This document shows positions 56,701 through 63,016 of a DNA stretch of 64,000 nucleotides, one piece after another. The notes beneath the pieces were generated by a model. That model was not told the origin of the DNA. It worked only from the letters and a program-made list of their open reading frames with translations, and searched no databases. The stretch's first letter is position 1. Each line of letters begins with the position of its first letter. Origin of the DNA: Thermoguttaceae bacterium (GTDB taxonomy: Bacteria > Planctomycetota > Planctomycetia > Pirellulales > Thermoguttaceae). A program made the translations under genes and the position numbers. The stretch covers positions 44,544-108,543 of the forward strand of contig JAFSMO010000059.1 in assembly GCA_017447865.1 (NCBI GenBank). Reading direction: 5' to 3'.

Positions 56701-57417
56701 AATTCCACCAACTTGCAGGTTTTCGATCTGGGGCGTGGTGGTGATCGTCGGGGAGAGCTGATAATTCGAGTCCTGAATATTGGCCGCGAGCTGCCATTCG
56801 TCCTGGCTAATTTTGCCATCATTGTTCAGGTCGAAGATTTTCGGCAGCTCAACGGTATTCAAATCAATCCCGTGCTGCTTATAGAACATGGCGGCAATTC
56901 TTTGGTTTTGTCCCAGCGAGTTCAAATAACTCCCCTGCACCTGGTAATATTCCTGCTCGGTGCCCTGACCATCCCCATTCAGGTCCAGGGGGTGCGTCAC
57001 AAAAACGGTCATCGGCCCATCCAACTGCGTGTCAGTCGTGAGGGTGAACGAGGACTTCGCGCCCATTTTCACGAGGAGGCACGAGATTTGCTCGTTCTCC
57101 GAGTCACGGACCTGGCTGAGAATCATCGCCGAATCACCATCTTTCAGTCTGAAGGTGGCATCGCTGTTTCCCTGAATGTACACCGCAACGATTTTGTCGG
57201 CGCAGTCTGAGGAAAGGTTGCTCTGAACCGTAAACGTATTCTGATTTACCTCTTTGCAGGCATCGGTGTCATTCGCAATGGCCGTCTGCATAATCGAAGT
57301 CGCTGACAAAAGGTGACGGTTCTCAAGGGCTTCCAACTGCAGGGAACGCGTCTTGCGATTTTCCTGCGTTTTGTGGTTACTGCTGTTCAGGTGACTGGAA
57401 ACAAAGTTCTTTTTCAT
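47761..57417 (-). CDS. Giant secreted protein B (about 3,218 aa): LQLEALENRHLLSA N-terminal motif, N-terminal EF-hand/dockerin-like loops, at least 7 Ig-like modules, a cohesin-like module plus dockerin pair, and a C-terminal HEXXH domain
   Basis: The ATG at 57417 (MKKNFVSS...) has GGTGGA upstream; the track start at 57423 is a TTG. Ig-like domain boundaries recur as D(T/S/N)xAP(T/V/A) (DTVKPVV, DTEAPVA, DTTAPTV, DSFAPTI, DNTAPTA, DTTAPVW). Ca-loops DLNGDGQGTEQE and DLNNDGKISQDE lie at about 56790..56990. Confidence 0.85.
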   Translation of the reverse strand: MKKNFVSSHLNSSNHKTQENRKTRSLQLEALENRHLLSATSIMQTAIANDTDACKEVNQNTFTVQSNLSSDCADKIVAVYIQGNSDATFRLKDGDSAMILSQVRDSENEQISCLLVKMGAKSSFTLTTDTQLDGPMTVFVTHPLDLNGDGQGTEQEYYQVQGSYLNSLGQNQRIAAMFYKQHGIDLNTVELPKIFDLNNDGKISQDEWQLAANIQDSNYQLSPTITTTPQIENLQVGGISGTAVPNSENRFISNEDPSTFEDPAVTFALPDSENLPVKVVINYVDSEGNERTLTEEDVTVQGNNVSIPLEGGIHANSTVTVTFSYNGLEESETTYTYVFDSLAPALDVASQLTSDYNIYEGMVYTNDPTPEFQISPSGEIDWDAVSEEVANPDMGIWLVVKDDQTEVYRKKLTNSDLTKLQNDEFFVTLPRLANGCHSLSFYTEDLAGNQTTGSKEVLTIDTVKPVVAAEGHNVNYGTDSMYVETSTTPLEITVTDENLMITNPDGCVTMTSNRGDSAEPMETGVTDSSIQYAYSLDQSYGTNIWTFTVVDAAGNQSVKTFTYDYNKPPQVTNKGTKLQDADVRLTTDSTTASDYESQQAVGTVTDGELNLGKVADLFKEVDGSSIVADNVNIENLGDAVTSWEINDEGEIVLTLASFTDGETATFVSEGIVITYTDEYDKSADISFDLKWTNDTEAPVAALDANDALVDKAENEYYYTGEDDLALTFTFTDFNTVESGTIYVYGDDPENPIATSEMVDFDQAEVLLENPAHNQAYTFRYDAKDNFGNEVEGAFLCTIFVDQKVDVEDAEFALSGVNERDTDSTPSFEATFDALTEPATLVLYCDGTEVASVEVAADAESAEITSSELPEDGIYTFTAKLVDAAGNEFTVTPEDGLVYYFDTTAPTVAITNEAEDPTGVTNSDYTLTLDTQDAVSGVASILITQSYTDEGGNAQTKTYSSNETFDSCDVTLFYGVNTFTYTATDAAGNTSDPSAEFSVVFNTAPTAQGAFYNANEQKFVQTLSKSLCDENEQIKLDLTKYFNDEVVATLTGDGFTITGNSDQDAAVSACAIEEGFLVFTMTPGMEQGEPDRFSNVSFTLVDEFGKELAVSFDVTYLFDSFAPTIQLDDLTVTASEDGNVTKNTDTLYFLTGDEFHIEATITDDTGIETCGWSLSKIVGEETTVVASGETANVSYTETGVEDGAKFVLTAWGKDTLVPANESTAEEPSCTYQFYVDNTAPTATLVSSQLQTSDDKIAPNQSLTNDNHPRIAYTIVVNDLVPDCCKLSIFHNGELIGDYFDFMGKIIDDDTALEDGVHRYTFQVEDGAGNKSDVYSIIEFVVDTTAPVWTVTEVANAPAEEGDYGFLFLDENDSVEFNLEVEDNISALEDVAFQYSTDGGETWTDYVPGDGVALEFGTKTFLFKAIDEAGNESISETTIDVSYDHTPTVTRTTLEAKEPIGFVENQTEYTVQFTDEEVSALFDDADIENGDALTITCNFEGADGVVTASDWTFNNGVWNLKLTVDPAALKQSHTFGTLTSLTATDTFDQSAVKELNMAIDKVNLAPEQTETATLTDTQKLEETPSYTFDLTNYFADPEGDEWTISAAEINGDECAIDGKSITWTPSEGLYGRTSLEITVKDAFDAETSVTLDVLIEWAGVQSVAARNQTVDENAATQEVAVTIENAFDPEQAWGDYTCEMTYGISVKSETVYGNTVDEAHVQTPIETLFADYNFTGSTLTYSVDPYAYGEGVLTLSVNGKTTDVTVTVTNDPCDPYAPAQTGSFTLTSTEAQEYNVLAQCNTDTDSGTLALTSVNDNKTTYTIFQDDKVYTLNLAVTEDGFTLTRGTIDGNVGTSEEWEALHGATVVIPYEIQNTDTECANTGNFIIKLNAIAKSVTKSYRRSDADAYYEIPLSEFTDFAEDGYKVVNIQFVRGSEDVLAGVDQNYGVGVTIPAGCDVDTVYEYMLSNGTTTYYAQLYISIDGYNWAPELIPGQSTFKTLPEDNESETPVYSWDLNGLFVDPVDGTALTIGIDFTYMPTIIDGRTGEAADFMDFEGDIEDGVIWFSPADKDFYGTIEFKVNVTDGAAGTKKAAALTSSFTLTAKITNTEDAPRVLDGASLVLSGDPGDVFDLSEEVGKFFSPDGNDTLEVVYGDSTTYTIPEDAGFGSYTIEVTVNDTKNGLSSNFEYTVVVNGSAMITDDSLDATALTETNIQSGAALPSDKTLDQDLDLTAQATFTTSSVLKAGTVLKAGTEFAKNFGFQCNEVQDWYETYGFEEDDGEYSASGKVTLNADITLTADITITNKSIAAASGSTIAAGTVAAQDSRFGQDFTIVETVSNVTGVKKIYQASKKVFDLTGDRFVLLRDEISVTVSDPDAISSVTDFSSIGGAVQYVFDADAAENDYYAAVDFSDDSTTERIISIVDPEVEAGTISPFRFVTYDSETGKFYAYYTPYDSTQDRSAQTAVVTISGEEVGLTLSIDYEKPFEVCYTLSHGTDMRLTASSIAAGAGCEFVDPTATLTSGETYTVQMWVKCSLPLLSETLLDGKPYGAQSFIETAYFSLSNVTNVRTYGPSGASESTYEDGVGKLKLGVVETSAGKDFTTESYQIMYLTFTAGENCSISDFARDLESSTYSLVLDNEIVSGIGACGGVDPETGLPDASEGVHLSATQVKTRTLNPNAVKGTSAAKETVVEGNGIYMSFVKEKSNVEVSDTLPKSEAYITEWEGGWLELWVNTQEVGTDIANFKFDVNYDSSLYTASGIEYGASVSNAGAVTFGNGTVNGITGTLTNAVTTEDGFVLIGRIQLTPVRNGGIAAQTIGTTSLGLSLENIELRDSASFWLDVNTQTVVNTKALAVMYDANDDGDIDIDDLVLFAKKFGTNTVVSTDSLAWALDFDNNGLIDVQDLIFFAKNFGATQANGAKIYYPKNYFQIWIGTTLEMSGDSNISDTLESALDSWSEKLGEELNLDVQIIVKEYANEVNGTLAEASLLDCDENGKPNTAVIYLDSDALGMGWYVGKDAEVQAEQYDLYTVLLHELGHALGMTTNYSGYNEFLSKNVKSSNYRDEAGNMHVVIGSHVYDENDLMTETIDVGVRREISDVDAEIVNAARNYGGAILGNATDAIRGVSSETSEWVTVADASAIMSEAKFNQILTAAATRAVMEVSAKRVDAAWQEFEKDENVEVNLSTAVTDDVFESLFDGDFSGMTDGTIREDLEVEMDEE
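48310..48324 (-). other. HEXXH zinc-binding motif (HELGH) in the C-terminal domain of protein B
   Basis: The context is VLLHELGHALGMTTNYSG. The position of the third metzincin His is Thr, so this is not a canonical HExxHxxGxxH. Confidence 0.6.
48683..48857 (-). other. Dockerin-type repeat pair of protein B
   Basis: The two repeats are YDANDDGDIDIDDLVLFAKKFG and LDFDNNGLIDVQDLIFFAKNFG. Confidence 0.8.
48858..49275 (-). other. Cohesin-like module of protein B
   Basis: The sequence is SEAYITEWEGGWLELWVNTQ...FKFDVNYDSSLYT...LIGRIQLTPV. It is colinear with the module in protein A. Confidence 0.55.
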
Positions 57418-57613
57418 GATCAATTTCCACCTTGCGGATGATTAAAACTGGAACTCACACAATATTATAAAAATACTGTCGTGAACAGAATTCTTGAATG
57501 AAACCTCACTGAGGGTTACGGGGACCTTCGTCAGGAATGGCACAAGAAACCCCCAAAATTTGGAGTGCTTCTCACCGGAAAACTGGCGCGATGTATTCAA
57601 GTACATCTTCGTG

Positions 57614-57625
57614 CGTAAATTTACG
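57614..57625. promoter_or_regulatory. Perfect 12-bp palindrome CGTAAATTTACG in the divergent control region
   Basis: I read it directly from the sequence. It lies 197 nt upstream of the gene B start. Confidence 0.4.
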
Positions 57626-57703
57626 GATTTTCAGGAGTAATCCTCCCAGCCTCACTTCTCGCACGGATCTTCCATTTGCAGTGATTCTTCGTTAGATTTC
57701 AGA

Positions 57704-57716
57704 CGCAAATTTACGG
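57704..57716. promoter_or_regulatory. Second copy of the motif (CGCAAATTTACGG), 90 nt from the first
   Basis: It has one mismatch to the palindrome. A third ATTTACG sits at 57741..57747, inside the ATTTTAT-n6-ATAAAAT palindrome (57736..57755). Confidence 0.35.
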
Positions 57717-57953
57717 TAGATCATCCTCCTCCGCTATTTTATTTACGCATAAAATCCGAAAAAATCTTCTTAACTATACAAATTTTTCACAAATAAAACA
57801 AGACCTAAAATGCCATACTATTAAAATTTTTACTTTTTTTATTATTTTTGTAAAAATTTGTATTTTTTTCTCAACTTGCTCTTTCTTTATAATCGAAAAA
57901 TTATTAAACTGGATATTCATATATCGGTTGTAAAATGACTAAAGGAATAAGTC

Positions 57954-59453
57954 ATGAATAAATCAGTCATGAATAATACAATGGAATGGAAGACGTTTTT
58001 GAACGGAATCGTGTGTCTTCTGGTTCTGGTATCGCTTGTGCGGGCACAGAATACAGACTCACCTGGTGCCTTTAACCATGATTCCTATTGGGCGTCTTTA
58101 GATGCTTCTACTTCTGGCCATTCTGAACAGAAGGACCCAGAAGCAAATTCCACCCAGGCGCAAGCTCCCGCAGCCGTCTCCAGTTCAAATTTGTCTTACG
58201 GAGAGGGATGTTCTTACGGTTGTATCGAATCGGAAATGCCTGACGGGCTTTTCCTGTATCGGTTTAATCAGTCTCCAATGGCTCAGGCAGGAAGCAATTT
58301 CCTTGGTCCTGGCAGCTTCTTTATTAACGGCTATGTTGATCAGGGTGTCCGTTGGGGAGATGCCAAAGATTTCCAGCCGATGGGTATGAATGACCATGAA
58401 TCCTACCAGATGAATCAGGCCTACCTTTCCTTCGGCCGCAAAGTGGATCACCTGGATCAGTTTTCCATTGGCTACCAAGTGGATGTCATGTACGGAACGG
58501 ACTATTATTATATGTCGTCCGTCGGACTTGAAACCAGACAGGATAATCAGCCGCACTGGAACGGGAGAACGAATAATATGCTTTACCGTGCCGGCCGCAG
58601 CAAATACGGTCTTGCGGTTCCGCAGGCTTTCGTTGAGGTTTATATGCCTTTTATGAATGGTCTGGACCTGAAAGTCGGGCACTTCGACTCCATTATGGGC
58701 TACGAATCGTTTCAGGGGAACAAGAACTTCTTCTACTCGCAGACCTATTCAAAGATTTACGCCATGCCGACTTCAATGTCGGGTGCGATTTCAACCCTTA
58801 CGCTGTGTAACGGCTGGAATTTCATCCTGGGCGGCGTAACTGAGTGGAACACTTTCGATTCGATAAATGATAATTTTTCCGCAGTGGTAGGGTTCACTAA
58901 AGAAAGTGATGATAAATTTTTCACGTTTGCTTCAACGTTCATGGCCGGCAAGCAAACCTCGCCCTGTTACCAGATGCAAACCACTTCCGACCAGCAGGAA
59001 ATGTGCTACGTGTTCAACACTTACGGCAAATTCCAACTGGGTGAACGCGTGAATTACGTCATTGAATTTACGGCAGGTTACGATGATCGTGAATATACGG
59101 TCATGGATTGGGCCGACATGCCGAAGCACCGCGGCCGCGCGTGGTTTGGCCTGACGAACTACCTGTTCTTCAAGGTTACCGACACGTTCTCGCTGGGCAC
59201 TCGTTTCGAGTGGTTTAACGACATGGACAGCACCGTCATCGACGGCGGTTACGATGTGGCTCTTCAGGACAAATCGGCGAATTACTTCGCTCTGACGCTC
59301 GGAGCGAACTGGACGCCGGTTTGCTGGCTGACGATTCGGCCGGAAGTCCGCTACGACTTCAGCGATTTCGACGCGGACGGCATGAAAACCTACGACGGGT
59401 TCACGAAGAAAAGCATGATCACGGCTGGTGCCGATGTGATCCTGAGATTCTAA
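57954..59453 (+). CDS. Outer-membrane beta-barrel protein (porin-like, BBP2/OmpL-type pattern)
   Basis: It has a signal peptide (FLNGIVCLLVLVSLVRAQN). Alternating aromatic/hydrophilic strands run throughout, and the C-terminal strand ends ...AGADVILRF. The gene is AT-richer than the housekeeping genes. Confidence 0.6.
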   Translation: MNKSVMNNTMEWKTFLNGIVCLLVLVSLVRAQNTDSPGAFNHDSYWASLDASTSGHSEQKDPEANSTQAQAPAAVSSSNLSYGEGCSYGCIESEMPDGLFLYRFNQSPMAQAGSNFLGPGSFFINGYVDQGVRWGDAKDFQPMGMNDHESYQMNQAYLSFGRKVDHLDQFSIGYQVDVMYGTDYYYMSSVGLETRQDNQPHWNGRTNNMLYRAGRSKYGLAVPQAFVEVYMPFMNGLDLKVGHFDSIMGYESFQGNKNFFYSQTYSKIYAMPTSMSGAISTLTLCNGWNFILGGVTEWNTFDSINDNFSAVVGFTKESDDKFFTFASTFMAGKQTSPCYQMQTTSDQQEMCYVFNTYGKFQLGERVNYVIEFTAGYDDREYTVMDWADMPKHRGRAWFGLTNYLFFKVTDTFSLGTRFEWFNDMDSTVIDGGYDVALQDKSANYFALTLGANWTPVCWLTIRPEVRYDFSDFDADGMKTYDGFTKKSMITAGADVILRF

Positions 59454-59581
59454 AGAATTACGGACAAAACTTCCAATTTTGAAACGCTTTACAAAAAACC
59501 TGGGAGAAATTCTTCTTCCGGGTTTTCGTTCGTAACGGATTTGACATTTTAATCGCTCATTTTCTGATTCAAAGTACCTGA

Positions 59582-62500
59582 ATGCCCCGCGTTATACGCA
59601 GAACCCGATTCCTTTTTCTTCGGTGGGTGGTTTTCCTGCTCATCGTTGGGGGCGTTTTGGCCGTCTGTTTTCTCATGTACGAGTTGGACCCCATTGTGTA
59701 CCGGCAAGTACAAAAATCTCTGGATGAGCGTTTTATTAAAGCCCAGGTTTCCATCTCATCGGCGCATTATGTTCAAAAAAAGGGTTTCGAGCTTTCCCAT
59801 TTCAAGCTCATTCCGAATTACTCGCCCGACGACGGGAAAAGATACCGTACCACATCCCGTCATTCCAGAAAATTCCCGCCGTTGATCGAGGCGGAACGGG
59901 TACGGCTCGTTTGTAAATCCTCGCTTGATGAACTGGCGCGGGGAAAAAACATCCCCATCTCCGAAATCATTTTCGACTCAGCCACGATCCACGTTTACCG
60001 CCGCCCGGATGGTTCATGGTCTCTGGAAGCCCTGAAATTCAATCCGAACATCGCACCAATGAAACCCGCTCCGGTCATTCAATTCCGCAACGCGACGGTG
60101 GAAGTCCATGATCTGAAAGACTCCAAAACGGAACGGAAGCTCCTGCTACGCAATTTGGACCTCACGATCAACCCGGCCCAGGAACAAATCACGGACGTCT
60201 TCGGGAATCCTGCACAGAATCCGGACGGCACTGCGAAAAAATTCTTCCTGCTTCCCTTTTCGGGAACGGTGGAATCGGAGTTTTCGCGGAGTGTTTCCTT
60301 CACCGGAAAATTCGACTCCAGGCAGAACGCAATTCTTCTCGATGCGGACATTAACGGGCTTCATTTTAACGAGGAATTTCGCAATTCCCTGCCCCTTGAA
60401 CTCGCGGAACGGTTTCACGAGATCCGATTCATCCGCGGCGAGATCCACACGCATTTGACGCTTGCTTCCAGGTTGAAAGAGTTGATTTCGGCCCGTTACC
60501 GTCTGGAAGGCCGACTGGTGGATGGACGTTCCACCGACCCGCGTTTCCCGGAATCTCTCGCCTCCCTTTCAACCGATTTTCAAGTGACGAATGAAGGGTT
60601 TTGCTTCCCGAATCTGCTGGTGCATCACGGCGATGGAACCATCTCTCTGAACGTCGTCCAGCGCGGCTACGGTCCCGGCTCGCCGAAACGGATCCTTTCC
60701 AGATTCCAGAACATAAATATTTCCGACGCACTTCTGGCCTCGCTCCCGGAAAAACTCGGCATTTTTTTGAAAAGCCTCTCCCCGGATGGCCTGTTCAACA
60801 TGGAGGCGGAATTCCTTTACGACGGCCAATTCTGGACCCCAAACGGAAAAATTCAGTTCTCGGATCTGCGCATCAACTACGTGAAATTCCCCTACGAGAT
60901 CAAGCAGCTGGCCGGTGAGGTTCTGCTGAAAGAAAACCTCGTCCAGTTCGATTTCCAGACGCAAAACAGTCTGACGAGGATTTCGGGAGACTTTTTGCTT
61001 TCCTCCCGCCAAAACGTTCAACCGCCAAGCGGGAAACTGGCGATCCAGGCCCAAAAACTCCCGGCAGATGCCCGTCTTCTGGCCGCTTGTCCGAAAGAAA
61101 CCGCAGATTTTCTCCGGGATTTGGAACTGGGCGGAAGCATTAACCTCCGGGCCGATTATAGGCTTTCCCACGAGTCTGGAATGTCCAAATCGTCCCTGAA
61201 TCTTCGCGTAGATCTCCAGAAAAATTCCTGCTGCTACAAAAGTTTCCCTTATCCGCTGCGGGACATGGAAGGGACGATTCTGGTGAACGACCATGCCATT
61301 TCCGCCGAAAATATTCGCGGATTCAACCAAAACGCCGAAGTGGCTTTTTCGTTTCACGCGGTTTTTCCCCAATCCCTTTTCCAATCGCAAAACACCTCAC
61401 CGATCCCAGACGTAACCAGCGCCGTGCCGCTTCAAGCGTTTCAGGTTTCCAACGCAAACGCCGAAGACGCCGGTCTTTCGTTCCATCCAATGCCCACCGG
61501 AAAGAAACCGACTGAGTGGGATTTTTCCCTCGTCGGAACCAATGTCCAGCTCAACGGCGGTCTGTTCGCGAATCTTCCGCCGAATCTGGCCGGAATTTTC
61601 CGTTACATTCAGCCCCGCGGCCCGGTAAACGTCCGTTACGAGTACAAATCGCCGGGAGGATCCGTTTCCGCTGAACGTCCGAAACATCTGGTTCTTTGGG
61701 TGAACACAACAAACGAAGGAATTCAGATCGATTTCCCGGAAATGAACTACACGTTGAGCAAATTTCAGGGAAATTTCCAGTACCAAAACGGCCAGTTCCA
61801 ACTGACCGACTTTGACGCCGAGCACGATTCGACGCACTTTTCCGGAAAAGCCTCCGGAACGGTTCAGTCGGTGAACCAGTGGAATTTCCATTTCGACCGT
61901 CTGACGATCGATGGCCTGGCTTTCGACCGCGACCTGATGCTTGCACTTCCCTCCGAGGCCCGCCTCATGATTGCTTCCAAGCGGCCCAGCGGCGCTTTGT
62001 TCTATTCCGGAACGTTGGACGTTCACTACGACAGTCAGCAGGTGAAACCATTCTCGATCGACTGGGACGGCGAGTTCGGGATCGTGGACGGCTCGATCGA
62101 CGTCGCGTTCCCCGTGACGGCCATTAATGGCGGCGTTCAACTTCGCGGGCACTGGGATCAGAACGCTTTTTACTGCGGCGGCGAACTGAATATTGAATCC
62201 CTCTTCCGACAAAACATTCAATTTACGAAAGTCCAGGGCCCGATTTGGATCGATAATCAGAAGCTGATTTTAGGAGGAAAAGCCGATAAACTCCTGCGGG
62301 AGAAACTGAATTTTCAGCAAACGGCGCCTCAAAGTACTTCGGCGGTTTCCGCGCGGGCCATCAGTCTGCACTGTATGGCGGGGACTTTGTACGGGATTTT
62401 CGAGCTGCAATTTGGCTACCCGTCCACCTTCCAAAGTCACGTCGTACTGACGGACGGCCATTTGGAAGACTGCGCCATCCTCACCGGGAACAATCAGTTG

Positions 62501-63016
62501 AAAGGCAAAATCTTCGGCGAGCTGACGCTGGCCGGGACCGATTCGTCCATGCACTCGCTGCGCGGAAAAGGAGAATTCCATCTCGTGGACGCGGACGTTT
62601 ACAAACTTTCCGTCATGATGTCGCTCCTGAAAATTCTGTCCCTGAAAGAGGTCAATGATTCCGGGTTCAGCACCGGCGACGCCGAGTTCCACATCGATGG
62701 AAATCACATTTACTTCGACAAAATCGTCTTTTCCGGAGACGCTTTCAGCCTCATCGGGAAAGGGGAAATGGACTTCAAGAGCCAGGTCAAACTGGTTTTT
62801 TATACCGTGATGGGACGAAACGAGAGAAATATTCCGGTCGTCAGCCCACTCCTGCATGCTACCGGACGGCAAATGCTCCTCATTACGATGAAGGGCCCCA
62901 TTCAGAACCCACAGATTTCCCAGAAACCGCTTCCGGGAATTAATATGGCAATTCAACAGATGGGAGAAGACCTTCTTTCACCCGGAGGACAAAACAAAAA
63001 GGAAAGTCTCAAATGA
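59582..63016 (+). CDS. AsmA/TamB-like giant inner-membrane-anchored envelope protein (1,144 aa)
   Basis: It has a single N-terminal TM segment (FLFLRWVVFLLIVGGVLAVCFLMY), a long beta-rich body, and an AsmA_2-like C-terminus (SLIGKGEMDFKSQVKLVFYTVMG). Confidence 0.55.
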   Translation: MPRVIRRTRFLFLRWVVFLLIVGGVLAVCFLMYELDPIVYRQVQKSLDERFIKAQVSISSAHYVQKKGFELSHFKLIPNYSPDDGKRYRTTSRHSRKFPPLIEAERVRLVCKSSLDELARGKNIPISEIIFDSATIHVYRRPDGSWSLEALKFNPNIAPMKPAPVIQFRNATVEVHDLKDSKTERKLLLRNLDLTINPAQEQITDVFGNPAQNPDGTAKKFFLLPFSGTVESEFSRSVSFTGKFDSRQNAILLDADINGLHFNEEFRNSLPLELAERFHEIRFIRGEIHTHLTLASRLKELISARYRLEGRLVDGRSTDPRFPESLASLSTDFQVTNEGFCFPNLLVHHGDGTISLNVVQRGYGPGSPKRILSRFQNINISDALLASLPEKLGIFLKSLSPDGLFNMEAEFLYDGQFWTPNGKIQFSDLRINYVKFPYEIKQLAGEVLLKENLVQFDFQTQNSLTRISGDFLLSSRQNVQPPSGKLAIQAQKLPADARLLAACPKETADFLRDLELGGSINLRADYRLSHESGMSKSSLNLRVDLQKNSCCYKSFPYPLRDMEGTILVNDHAISAENIRGFNQNAEVAFSFHAVFPQSLFQSQNTSPIPDVTSAVPLQAFQVSNANAEDAGLSFHPMPTGKKPTEWDFSLVGTNVQLNGGLFANLPPNLAGIFRYIQPRGPVNVRYEYKSPGGSVSAERPKHLVLWVNTTNEGIQIDFPEMNYTLSKFQGNFQYQNGQFQLTDFDAEHDSTHFSGKASGTVQSVNQWNFHFDRLTIDGLAFDRDLMLALPSEARLMIASKRPSGALFYSGTLDVHYDSQQVKPFSIDWDGEFGIVDGSIDVAFPVTAINGGVQLRGHWDQNAFYCGGELNIESLFRQNIQFTKVQGPIWIDNQKLILGGKADKLLREKLNFQQTAPQSTSAVSARAISLHCMAGTLYGIFELQFGYPSTFQSHVVLTDGHLEDCAILTGNNQLKGKIFGELTLAGTDSSMHSLRGKGEFHLVDADVYKLSVMMSLLKILSLKEVNDSGFSTGDAEFHIDGNHIYFDKIVFSGDAFSLIGKGEMDFKSQVKLVFYTVMGRNERNIPVVSPLLHATGRQMLLITMKGPIQNPQISQKPLPGINMAIQQMGEDLLSPGGQNKKESLK

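Noticed and set aside
39880-57417. Whether the giant proteins are type I secretion (RTX/BapA-like) substrates.
   Set aside because: The acidic C-termini are suggestive. However, I saw no GGxGxD nonapeptide RTX repeats, and no ABC transporter, membrane-fusion protein or TolC-like gene is nearby. The adjacent OMP is porin-like, not TolC-like. The idea is left open but not supported.
57424-57520. A promoter for giant gene B (minus-strand TATAAT near 57463..57468).
   Set aside because: A TATAAT hexamer is present, but I found no -35 element with acceptable spacing (TTCACG at 11 nt, TTCTGT at 16 nt). This is too weak to annotate.
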